Below, piece by piece: positions 44,280 to 57,021 of a stretch of DNA of 64,000 nt. Location: the NCBI RefSeq assembly GCF_009914755.1, contig NC_060925.1; one strand, 5' to 3'. Position numbers and translations under genes: made by a program. This DNA is from the human T2T-CHM13v2.0 reference genome, Homo sapiens. A model generated the notes under the pieces. That model ran no database searches and was not told where the DNA came from. It saw only the letters and a list, made by a program, of their open reading frames with translations. How positions within the stretch are numbered: the stretch's first letter is position 1; the number at the start of each line of letters is the position of its first letter.

Positions 44280-44627
44280 CAGGCCCTCCATATCTGTGAG
44301 TCCCACATGCATAGATTTAACCAACCAATGATCAAAAATAGTCAAAACCAAATTGCCTGTGACTTGAAGAGGCACAGACATTTTTTTGTCATTATTCCCT
44401 AGACACTACAGTGTAACAACTATTTACATAGCATCTACTTTGTATTAGGTATTATAAATAACCTGGAGATGATTTAAGTATACAAGAGGATACTTGTATG
44501 TTTCCCATAACATAGGTTATGGGAAAATACTGTGCCATTTTATAACAGAGACTTGGCAATCTATGGATTTTGGTATCCTCAGGAGACCCTAGAACCAATT
44601 CTCCATAGATACAGATGGATGGCTATA
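44280..44627 (-). mobile_element. MER2 (TcMar-Tigger MITE)
   Basis: 'ccctccatatctgtgagt...ttgtattaggtattataaataacctggagatgattta...ggattttggtatcc...gaaccaattctccatagatac'. TA flanks. Confidence 0.88.
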
Positions 44628-45229
44628 TACTAATTTTAAAAACAATACAATAATATAGTTTTTAAAATTATAGAAATATGCTTAAAAATTAAATATCTTT
44701 CTCCATTCTCCATGCCACTCAACCCCCAGGTGGACTCCTCAGAGCTGAACAGTATGGTCCTTTTACACCTTTACAGGAATTTTCATATGTATTTATAATT
44801 GTGTAAACTGGAAATCTCCTTTTTTTAGATTAATTGGAGTATTGTGTTCTGTACTTTCTTTTTTTCACTAGTAGAGCTTGCCTGTCTTTTTACATTAGCA
44901 CATATTAATCAACCTTAAAAAAATGACATACTCTCTCATATGAATATACCACATTTATTTATACTGTCCATTTACAGATGGAATCTCAGGGTATTCTCAG
45001 TCATTGCTATTGAAAATGTTTGTGTAACAAATGGTACATAACATAATTTGTGTACATGTGCAATATAGTCTTCTTACCTAAGAAAAAAATACTTTTCCAT
45101 TTATTCACTCCCTCTTCAGCCTTCAACTTGGTACTGTTTTTCAGGAAAGAGTTGAGTGTTCTTTCTATAGGTCATATATAAAGTGTTCTTGGGCCACTCC
45201 ACTTAAAAGATGATTTATATTTCATATAT

Positions 45230-45450
45230 TAGTTCCAAAGTCAGACCACTTTGGTTTGCACCCAGCTCTGCCAGTTACTAGATCATTGATCTTGGAAAAG
45301 TTACTTGGCATCTCTTTTCCAGGATTTTGTTATCTGTAAAATAGATAATAATAGTACTTACCTTGTGGACTAATGTACAAGAAAAGAGTGGCTGAAGGAG
45401 TCTCAGTCACAATAGTAAGTACTTAAGAAATGTTACTTATCAGCATTATA
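45230..45450 (+). mobile_element. MIR
   Basis: 'cccagctctgccagttacta...cttggaaaagttactt...tctgtaaaatagataataatagtac'. Confidence 0.85.
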
Positions 45451-45980
45451 ATTATTTCTATTGGTATTATTTTATGTGCTCCTACATAATGTTAAGTAAT
45501 TCCTATCTAGTTGAATTTCATGTAGAGGTCTTGATGAATAATATATTTAAAAATGTTAAGAATTTCTTTTCAACATCTATTGAAAGGAACATCTGATCAT
45601 TCTTTTGTACCTTCTTAGGAGTGTGTATTCATTATTGAAATTGTCCACAGGTAGTTTCTTTTCTTTATTTTTTAAACTACCTTTCTCAGGCTTTTGTATT
45701 AATGTCACTCTTTCTTTATAAAAATGTGGGTTAGCTTTTCTTTTCTCTGTTCTGGAAAACAAGGAATAGCATATGAAATTTCTGTCTGTGGATATTTGTT
45801 AACCTTCTTCATAAATATTTTTAACCTGTTACTTTGGGGCTGGCATCTCTGTGATATTTTCTCAAATTTTTTATGCCACTTGGTTTAGTTTTCATGTTTT
45901 ACTGCTTTAGTGAACAATTCTGGAAATCCATATTTTCTTAGATAAACATTCATTTCTTAGAATGTATTAGTTAAGTTTTA

Positions 45981-46283
<303 letters not shown>

Positions 46284-47452
46284 TTAAATTTAATTTAAAT
46301 TTTTATTATTTTAATTTTCTCTTTCTGACTTTTCCACGATTTTCTTAGTAACTTTTTATGTCTAAAATTTTTTTCTTCTTGTTTTAGAGCACATTCTCAA
46401 CAAATTTGCAGAGTTCCCTGAAAGTAGTATTATCCTCCTTCAGGAGAGCAGAGGTCTGCATGCCTCTCAGTAAACTCCCTCCACCCGCAACTTTCCTTGC
46501 AACTAGAAAATATTTCTGTGCCGATTTATAACTTTGTGACTTATCCATGACCTGTCAAGGACACAGCTGTTCCAGACAAGGGACTTAGTTCCCCCTTCGT
46601 ATGTCTCTAATTCTAGGAGAATAAAGTACTTAAGATTTGTAGAGGTCCATGTCTGCTCCCTGAACCTGTCCTTGGTTCGGTGTTTTACAGTATTTGACAG
46701 CCACTTTTTATAGGTAGAGATTTAGGGTTGTGACTAGTTCCTGTTTTCATTGGTGGTGCTGATTTTTTCTTCTCTTGTTAATTTTCTTCTTGATTTTGTA
46801 TTTGGCTTTAAAGAAAGAAGTGGAATAGAATGTCTTTATTGCATCATATTCTACTATAAGTCTTGTTCTTTTTAAGTTACAAAACTTAATTTCCTCCATT
46901 CATCCATTTTGCAAGAGCCTTTTATAAACCTCACTAGATTTGAAAAGGCATTCTTTAAATTTTTTTCGAACTTCCCCACACCTCTCTTTTTATTTCTCAT
47001 TCTTAAATATGTCTTATTTGTTTGTATTTCTCCAAAAGTTGCTAAATTGAGAAATCTGGGAAAATGGGAAAATGTCAGTCTTCACCATTGTATCTCTGTA
47101 ACAGTGCCTAGCAGATAATAGGCTGTAAATAAATATTTATTGAATGAATATTTTTCACCATGGTTGTTACTGGGTTTTCTTATTTAACAAATTATTTTTG
47201 GTACAATAAATGTCAATATGTGCTTTTCCTTTTTGAAAATGAAACATTTTCACTTGTTGGTCAGTAAAGTTTTAGGAATTAAAGCAGTCTATTTCAAGTA
47301 TAAGGGAGTGGTGTACAGTGTGGGATAAAAAAAGCAATCCACACCCTCTCTTATATCATCCACATTTGCCAACATTCCCAAATGCCATCATGTATTATGT
47401 CACTAGTACAGATATTTTTCCTCTGGATCACCTAAACATTCATCCTAGATCT

Positions 47453-47466
47453 CACACACACACAGG

Positions 47467-47497
<31 letters not shown>

Positions 47498-47509
47498 ACA
47501 CACACACAC
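47453..47509. repeat. Interrupted (CA)n microsatellite
   Basis: Read directly. Confidence 0.95.
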
Positions 47510-47549
47510 TCTTGAATGAGTACTTCTTTTGCAGTTACCAGCTACCAGA

Positions 47550-47730
47550 GAGGTAGTGTTCTGAATTCCAGTACTATAAGTTGGCTGAACAGTCTTTCAA
47601 CCCAACACTGCCATTAACTACCTTTCTGACCTCAGGCAATTTGCTTAACCTCTCCCTTAGTTTCTTCACTTACAATACAATCACAGTAGCGGTATATTTA
47701 CTACATGGAATTGGGTGAATTACACGTAAA
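47550..47730 (+). mobile_element. MIR
   Basis: 'ctgacctcaggcaatttgcttaacctctcccttagtttcttcact'. Confidence 0.75.
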
Positions 47731-49219
47731 ATGCTAAAGGCCATTTGATCAGAAAAGGGAAGGAACTTGCACACCTCCTTCTAGATTTTGCCAAGAGCTG
47801 ACCCTGTTAGAACAAAGTAAATAGCACAAAAGTCATGGCCTCCAGCAATCTTGATTTCCCACTCCCTTCTCATATTTTTTTAAGTTCTAGCGTTTTTTAA
47901 ATAACCATAACCTTAACCTTCCTCAATATTGCATTAAAACCATTTACTATGCCATGATTTTTTAATGCTAACTTCAAAATGCACAGAAGGGAAATATATG
48001 ACTACAGAAGGTTAAATTGTAAGAAAAGATGTCACAAGGCATCAAATGGTATCTGCAGCAGCCAAGTAAATTCCTTTATCACAGGTTTTTCAGAGCTATC
48101 CGTTAGGCTAGTTTCAACTTCACTCCTATGAATTGCATATGTTTTTTTCTAACAACGTCACGGAATCAGTGGCTGATTATCCAGGTTTTGTAGCTTCCTT
48201 CTTCAATTTAGAAACTCTCTGAAACCCTACAGGTTACAGAGTTAGGTGGTCTTCCTGTCACAACATAGGAGAACAAAACGTATTAAGTTGGCCCATATTA
48301 TTTTATCTCTGCAGATTAAAAAAAAATGCTAGAAGCAGTGATTGACTTTATAGATTAAACTGGAGACTTGAAATTTCTTTCTGCATTTATTTCCTCACTG
48401 TCCAGATAATCATATGTCAGTGCTCTGGCAGTTTATCATGGCAATGAAAGAACAACCTTCATACATTGTAGAACTCAGAAATTTTTAGAATGTCTTTCTT
48501 TGTCAGATGTAAATGAAGAAAAAAACTTTTGATGTCAAGACATTAGCAAAAGATTGACTACAATGTCTCATTTGATAAGTATCTAACAGGGTGTGCACTG
48601 AAAGTGGAAAGATTTAACAATGTGATAATAAGACTACTAAGTATGGAGAGAGCAAGAGTCCAGGATTGGATACAGGAGAAAACTGAGAAGGAAGAGAGAA
48701 GAGGCACAGAGAGAAAGACCTAACAAATGACAAGAGGCTGAAGCTGGAAGATAGTATTGCCCAGTAAACAATTTCCGTTGGTTGGTGGCTGAAGGGCATT
48801 CAGGATATGAGTGTCTAAAATTCACTTCTAAGTTAATTGCACTGGTTTCATCTAAAACCCTTCCATGCTTCAAAACCCACAGTAAAAGTCTGTTATATCA
48901 CATATCTAGCAGGTATTTTTGGGTGGGGGTGGGAGAAGAAGAATAAGAATAAGGATCTGAATTCTTTCTCTGTGTCAATAATGAACAATAGAAAAGATAA
49001 TAATAACTGAAACTGAGATGTTGTTAAAATCTAGAGTTCATGGGAGGAAAAACCTGAAATAAGAAGTAGGAATTTGAAAAATTAATGGAGATGGAGATCA
49101 CAGGCTATCCCATATAATATTGGCTAGAGGAATTATGTAAAATTTTAAAAATAGAATACCTCATCAGATTTCTGGTATATATTAGTTTAGTGCTTCCCTC
49201 CTTTAAAATAAGTAACTAA

Positions 49220-49529
<310 letters not shown>

Positions 49530-50054
49530 AGCAAATACTATTAATGACTAATAGTATTTGTCATTACTGCTCTTTCTCCTGCTCTCATTTCCCTTCTACC
49601 TATCTTTCCTCTCTCCTGCTCTCATTTCCCTTCTACCTATCTACTACGTAACAGGATCAACATTTAGAGCAATTCCAATTGCAAAGGATTTTATAAGTAC
49701 ACAAAAGCATGTTATAAATCTCTAGTAGGAGTAGAGTTAATGAGTTGTGAAAGGAACAGACTAAAGTAGATTTAGGAAGTAAAGGTATGGGCAAAGAGGT
49801 TAGCTATTCTTTCTGATGTGTAGATATTTATCAAAGTCCTTTTTCCGATCCAACAGAATAATCTTCCTAAACAACTCATTGTCTCCTACAATTCATCTTG
49901 CTCGATGAATAAACATGGAAAGGTAAACATTTGAAACAAAAACATGGCATCTAGTAGACACTATATATTTGGAGAAAAACACAGTCATAATAGTAGTGGC
50001 TATTGCTAACAATTATTGTGTGCTATAATTAATTATAATTATTGTGTGCTATTT

Positions 50055-50815
50055 TTATCATTTCTCTCTGAATGAATATTTGATTCCTAGTTTCCAGACT
50101 AGGGTTGCGAATAACAGTTCTATAAGTTTTTCTATGCATATATTTTGGTGAATGTATATTCTGAAAGTCTTTGGAAAAAGACCTAAAAATGTGATTGTTG
50201 GGTCATACAATAGGCATATATTTAACGTTAGTATGTAATACCAAATGTTTTTCTAAACCAATTTAATATTCCATGTGTAATATATGTGAATTACAGTTTC
50301 TCTACTTCCTCTACAATAGTTGATATTGACAGTCTTTTAAAATTTGTCCATTTTAGTAAGTACGTAATGGCATATCATTATGCTTTTATATCACATTTCC
50401 TTCTTGAGAAATAATGTCAAACCCTTTTCACGTAACTGCTGGCTGTTTGAATACCCTCTTTTGAGAAGTGCCTGCTCAAGTAGTCTGACATTTTTTAAAC
50501 TTAGGTCATTTGTTGTCTTCTTATTAATTATAAGAGTTTTTTATATATTGTGAGTTATTTTTTAGTTATAAGTATTGTGGAAATATTTCACACTATGGCT
50601 TGCTTATTCATTTTTTAAACAATGCATTGCTGGTAAACTGAATATCTTAATTTTAATTAAATACAAGTAATTTTTAAAATGATTAATATTTTCTTTCTTC
50701 TCTTCATTTAAAGGAATATATGGATACTATATAACCATGAAGATATTTTTCTTTCCTGTCTTAGAGGTTTATTGTTTTTCTTTTTACATTTAGCGCTATA
50801 ATCAACATGCAAGTG
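50055..50815 (-). mobile_element. Ancient L1ME segment (inverted)
   Basis: 'gtgattgttgggtcata', 'gatattgacagtcttttaaaatttgtccattttagtaagtacgtaatggcatatcatt', 'ttttgagaagtgcctgctcaag'. Confidence 0.75.
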
Positions 50816-51185
50816 AATAACCAGATCTGACATATTTCTATAATGGAATACAATACAGTACTAAAAATTACTTATGTACAATGATATAAATGAATCTCAT
50901 AGACATTATGTTGAGCAAAGGAGCCCAGGAATAGACTATATATTGTATGTATTTCCTGTTGAATTCATTTGTATTAAACTGAAGTATGATCAAACAATCT
51001 ATTAATATAAAAGCAAAATAGAGGCTATTGAGAGGGAAGAGACCAAAAGAGATCTTAAAAATGAATTAATGAAAAAGTTACATACTTTTATCTGGCACTA
51101 AATGTATATTCATATGTAAATATTTTTCAAGCTGTGAAATTAAGATTTGTATTTTATATAAAGTTATGCTTCAATTTTTAAAAAG
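50816..51185 (+). mobile_element. Ancient L1ME 3' end
   Basis: 'ataatggaatacaatacag', 'atgaatctcatagacattatgttgagcaaaggagcccag', ending 'ttatgcttcaatttttaaaaa'. Confidence 0.75.
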
Positions 51186-51733
51186 TGTTTCAATTAAAAA
51201 AGGCTGATGCTTTCTTTAATCATCTGATTTATTTCACAGAATCATTCTTCAAGTTAAGCACTTTTATTCCCATTTTTTAACCCTAGACTTAGGACATTAA
51301 GTGATTACCTAACACCACAGCACTAATAAACATCAAGACACTTTTCTAAGCAACTCTGCTTGACTCTGAAGTTTGACTTTTCAAGACTCTTCACAAAAAT
51401 AAACTATAAAGAAGAAACCGAAGCATTTCTACTAGCATACATCTCTTTAAGTGTATTTTTTAATAACTCATAATTGAGTCTTTCCTGGCTGAACTTTTTA
51501 CATCTTCAATATTATTTGTTTAATTTATTTTGTCATTAGAGCCGGCATATTAATTAGGAACTATTCTTCAAAACTGAATATTCATTAGAAAATAAATACT
51601 CATGTGTTGTGACATACTGGCAAGACCTCCTCACAGTGGTACAGAAACTTGGCAAAGACTATATCATTGGTGAATATCTTCACGGTTTTATGTTCTTTAA
51701 GGCAGTAAAAAAATCACAAGACTGGAGACCTGA

Positions 51734-52154
51734 TGTATTCAATTTCTAGCTTGCTGTAAAAATTTTAAAAAGCACCACAAACAGTGCCTTTACACACCAA
51801 CTTATTGTCTCACTGTTCTAGAGGCTAGAAGTCTAAAATCAAAGTGTTGACAAGGTTGGCTCCTTCTGAGGCCTGTGAGGGAAGGATCTGTTTCAGGCCT
51901 TTTTCCTGAGCTTGTACATGGCTGTCCTCATGTTCACATGACATCTTCTTTGTATACATACCAGTGTCCAAATGTATTCCCTTGAAAATGACACCAGTCA
52001 TATTGGATTAGGGACCTACTCGACTCCGCTATGACCTCATCTTAACTAATTACATCTGCAATGATTCTATTTCCAAAGAAGGTCATATCCTGAGGTACTG
52101 AAGGTTAAGAGTTCAACATATGAATTGGGTGGGGATGCAATTCCACCCATAACA
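51734..52154 (-). mobile_element. MLT1C/B-like solo LTR
   Basis: 'gttctagaggctagaagtctaaaatcaaagtgttg...ccttctgaggcctgtgagggaaggatctgtttcaggcct...atgacctcatcttaactaattacatctgcaa...cacccataaca'. Confidence 0.88.
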
Positions 52155-52793
52155 CAGGGCCACATTCATAAAGTCCCACTCAGAGAAATCATGATGCATT
52201 TTGAGAGAGATTTATAATAAAGTGTTAACCTTAAATTTATGAAAAGCAAATTTCTTACAATATCTTCTAAAACATTTCCAAAGATTCATCTTTAAATATG
52301 CAGAAGAATAGTTTATAAGACTTATAATTACGAATCATTATCTATAGTCTAAGTGTTCTTGTCTTACATTTTACAAATAGCTACACTGAACTGAGTTTAT
52401 TCTGATCTTTGATTAAAATGATATATGGGAAAAATTTTTAAATACAAATAACTCACATATAATATTCAGCAAAGTTATTTTATTTAGCTAGCCAACTAAA
52501 CGGCTTTTGTATCTCTCATGATATAATGCCATGAACAAATATCTAATAATATTCTAAAATTTTATTTTGGTGTAAGAATACATAAGACTCATATTCCCTT
52601 TATATGCATTCCTTCTCATACTTTTTTATAATGAAAGTTCTTTCTCAATGCTTTTAGTGTTTATTTTGAATTAGATTTCAAAGACTTGAAATATATCCAT
52701 AATCACAGACACATTAGACACATAATAATTATACACATAGTGTTAAACATACTAAAAATCAATTCCTCTAGCAGAATAATTTGCTGACCTTAC

Positions 52794-52906
52794 TTTCTCA
52801 TCCTTTATGGAAGAGCATAACACCACCACATGTAGCACTACAGCAGTAACATTGTCATTCTTTTGTATAAAAATCATAAATCCATGACTAAAAATGATGC
52901 AATCAC
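52794..52906 (-). other. Candidate internal exon (113 nt) of an unidentified minus-strand transcript
   Basis: On the minus strand: 'atttttttctgtattcacag|GTGATT...GATGAGAAA|gtaaggt'. Unique sequence with one open frame (DCIIFSHGF...SSIKDEK) that I do not recognise. Confidence 0.45.
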
Positions 52907-53040
52907 CTGTGAATACAGAAAAAAAATTGTATTTGACCAAATCAAAGCTGGTCAATTTAAAGGAAATAAGTTTTGGAGACTTTCGGTTTTTATTTTTAAA
53001 TCTATGATCTCATACTCCCACAAGGTATAACCAATTGCAT

Positions 53041-53257
53041 TTTTTTTTTAATTTACATTTTTTAGAGCCAGGATCTTGCTCTGTTGTCCAGGCTGGAGTG
53101 CAGTGGCATAATCAGAGCTCACTGTAACCTCGAATTCCTGGGCTCAAGTGAGTCTACTGTCTCAGTCTCTCAAGTAGCTGAGACTACAGGCATATGCTGC
53201 CACATCCAGCTTGTTAAATTTATTGTAGAGATGACACCTTACTATATTGTCCAGCCT
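53041..53257 (-). mobile_element. AluJ, truncated
   Basis: 'agctcactgtaacctcgaattcctgggctcaagtga' (J-type). The left arm breaks off at 'ttgtccagcct'. Confidence 0.88.
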
Positions 53258-53571
53258 AAACTGCAGTATTTTCTTAAGTTCTTCTCACAATCATGTGTGT
53301 CAAACAACTAAGATGTTTTACTGTTCTCAGTTTCAACATTTACTAAAAATCCATGTTTTCATATTGCAAAAATTTGAATTGGTCTTAAATGGATTTTTTT
53401 GGACCACTTTCCATCTTCTGTATGCTTTTTTCTTCCTGGGAGAGACATGTCAGGTATTGTATTTATTGTATTTCTGTCTGTTATCTTGGAGTAAAAAGGA
53501 TAAACAGAATAACATCTCATGATGGGCAAATATAAATGTGAACTCATTAATAAATGGCTGAATTAATCTAA

Positions 53572-53910
<339 letters not shown>

Positions 53911-54069
53911 TACTCTGATCTCTGATTAAACCATCTGCCTTCTCTTGCAACCTTCCCCCAACCCACATACACACAGAGTCACTCCCATTGGGTCTTTGGT
54001 TTCTTAGAAGTTTGGCCACTGTAACACTGGCCTTAGGATTTTGTGAAAATCAATTTCTTATAGCCTCAG

Positions 54070-54430
54070 GTGTGTCCTCTCAATTTCATATGTTGAAGTC
54101 CTAAACTCCAATATCTCAGAACGTGACTGTATTTGGACACAGGGCCTTTAAAGAATTATTTAAGGAAGACTGATGTCTTATGAGTGAGCCCTGACTCAAT
54201 ACTACTGGTGTCTTTGTAGGAAGAGGAGAGTAGAATGCAGATAACAAACAGATAGACCAAAGGGCAATTATATGAGAATGCAATGAGAAGCCATCTCCGA
54301 GCCAAAGAAAGAGGCTTCGGAAGAAACCAAACCCACTGGCACCTTGACCTTAGACTGCCCAGATTTAAGAACTGTGAGAAAATAAATTTCTGTGGTTTAA
54401 GCCACCCAGTATGTAGTATTTTGTTTTGTC
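54070..54430 (+). mobile_element. MLT1B-like MaLR LTR
   Basis: 'ttcatatgttgaagtcctaa...tcagaacgtgactgtatttgga...gaactgtgagaaaataaatttctgtggtttaagccacccag'. Confidence 0.88.
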
Positions 54431-54769
54431 TGTATACTTTTGTTTATTTAGCAGAAGTTTCTCTTGATTCTTCTAATTTCCATAACTGGAAAAGACAATA
54501 AAGCCATCCTCTGTTTCTCTGAAAGCTCTTGCTTACTGTTAAATAATAATTGAACATTAACATCACTCTCCCTTACCATTTTCCATGCAATAATTGGATT
54601 TCTGTAGTACTTTCCTTCGTGCAGGCTTATAGCTCTTTCAGGGGAACTCATAGCATTTTACTGATAGGGAAACAGAGTGAATAGATGATTTCCTCTGTCA
54701 CAGAGTATGTGACAAACGTATGTATGATTAAGACAAAAAGTGTTAATTGTACTCAGAGTCATTCATTAA

Positions 54770-54905
54770 TAATGCTAGCTTTTATTCTGTGGAAATTTAT
54801 GTTTAGAGAGATTACATAATTTACCAATATCAGATAGCCAGTAACAGGTGTAGTGAAGATTCTAAACTAGGTTTACAGATTCCAACACCAGTTTTCTTTA
54901 CATTG
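54770..54905 (-). mobile_element. MIR fragment
   Basis: 'ggaaatttatgtttagagagattacataatttaccaatatcagatagccagtaa'. Confidence 0.65.
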
Positions 54906-56029
54906 CTCTTTAATTCACACTGTCTAGATCTCCAACGAAATCATTTGTGCTTTCAGGTGATAACCACCTCCAGAGCAGAAGCCAGAAAACTTCCTACTTC
55001 GTAAGTGCTCAGAAGATACCCTCAGTAAAGATTTGTTGATGCTTTGGGGGCTCTGTGCGCTGTTTTATTTACTCACTTGTCAGTCCCCAACATCTAACAA
55101 GATCCCAAAACAAGGTAAAACTATATTGAAGGAAATATCTGAAGTTAGTTGATATCAAGCTTCCCTCATAAAGTATTAGGAATGGCAACCTATCTAGAAG
55201 ATGATCAAAATGTTGAAAGAATTCCAAGATTCCAATTTACATCAGGCAAAAAAAAATCAGCACATGAAAAAAATAATACCAAAGTGTATTGCCGTTTTAC
55301 TTTAGGGACACTATTGATATTCAAAGAAATCATAAAAATCAAATGGAAATTATTCATTTGAGGCCATTAGAGATCAATGCAAGAGCATTTAAAATTGTAT
55401 ACATCATTATACATTAGAAGAAACAAAAATACTTGGGTTAAATGAAGCTTTTCTAATTAAGGATTACAAAGTACCTTAGAACATATTGTGCTATACAAAG
55501 GCCAAATAAAAATTATAACATTTGGCTTGTAAGAGTTCTCCTCTTATAATGTAGGCCTTCTTTACACATCTGATTGCTTCCTCCCTTAATAATATGTCTG
55601 GATTGGAATGCTGGTTTATTTATTGGTTTTCTACTATTTAATGGTACTTGAGTTAAGCTAGTATTTTATTAAAATGGTCCAATATTTATTCAAGCATTCA
55701 ATCTATGTTTAAATCTTTGAAATAAAAAGTCTTCTTGTAAATCCTCAATTTGATTTATGGTATACTTCACCAAGTAAAACTCTTGTGATACATATAGGGT
55801 GATGGTGGGGATAACTTGGGTGGATGGCAACAATGGAATGAGAACTTCATTCAGATCTTTGTTTTTCTAGTCATCTAATTTAGTGTAGGCTTTCACAGCT
55901 GGACTCCCTACCCTATAAAATAAAGTGAAAGGGAGTAAAGTTGTCTAGCTGTAAACTAGAGAGGAAAAGAAAATAGCTTCCCATGACCCAATATGAGCAA
56001 AGCCTTTATAGTAGCAATGGTGTAATAGT

Positions 56030-56230
56030 TACTAACAGTTGTACAGGACTTTATTATGTAAAAATTACCTCAAAATGTCATTAACTTTGTCTCATCAAAT
56101 ATATTGCAGTATACATATTATTATCCTCATATTGCAGATATGAAGAGATGATTCATTGAAATTGTGTTACTCATACAAAGTTATCTTGTTAGTAGCTGAG
56201 CCCAGGATGGAATTCGTTTCACCATTCTGG
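56030..56230 (-). mobile_element. MIR
   Basis: 'tattattatcctcatattgcagatatgaaga...agtagctgagcccaggatggaattc'. Confidence 0.65.
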
Positions 56231-56979
56231 TCATCCTTGTATGCATGAATAGAGTGAGGGATTTTCCTAATAAGATAACAAACATACTTTTTCTGGCCTC
56301 CACATTGGTAACTGAGACCTGGGTAATAACTAAGAGGATATCTTTTCTCTATTATAAAGTTTGATGAACTAGAAATGAAAGAGAAAACCAGAAGAATGTT
56401 TATTTCCCTGTAAAATGAACACTATATTGTTTATTGCCATTTCTTATCATTCGATTTTTCTATACCTAAAAACTGTGTAATGGTAGGTAAGAGTAAAAAA
56501 AATTATAGAAAAATAGAAGATAGCATTATCTAAAAATCTAATTCTTATATATAAATTGTCATCTTAGGAAAAAATTAACATAAAATTATTTTGCAATATT
56601 TTACATAACTAAAAAAGGTAAGGCTGAATTCTGCTGGTGAAAGTAAAGTGGAATTTTATTACAGAACTAATGGACAATTCTAGGGTAGAATTTTTCCTTT
56701 TTTCTTTGGCAGTTTCTTTAGTTTTGCTGAATCAGCTAATTTGTGACCTAAATGCTTCCTCCTCTAGGCCTTTTCTTTGTGTAGCATGTAGAATGCCCAT
56801 AAGCTTGTGTCACATGTAATACTTTAATGCAATTACTAACTTTAATGACCTCATAATTGGAACCACTGTGATTCTTAATATGACTATGGTGAGGTGAGCT
56901 TGTATTGACTTTCCTATAGACATTTATGTAGACTGAAACTTTGTGGTGATTCAACTGCACTCTGAGATTCCAACAACAC

Positions 56980-57021
56980 ATCTATGGCCATACCACCCTG
57001 AACCCGTCCAATCTCATCTGA
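56980..57021 (+). pseudogene. 3'-truncated (tailless) 5S rRNA retropseudogene, nt 1-42
   Basis: 'atctatggccataccaccctgaacccgtccaatctcatctga' versus 5S rRNA GTCTACGGCCATACCACCCTGAACGCGCCCGATCTCGTCTGA (36/42 identical). Flanked by direct repeats 'gagattccaacaacac' / 'gaaattcaaacaacac'. Confidence 0.92.

Noticed and set aside
43984-44331. 115-aa ORF
   Set aside because: Non-ATG start, runs into MER2, and no recognisable protein or splice context.
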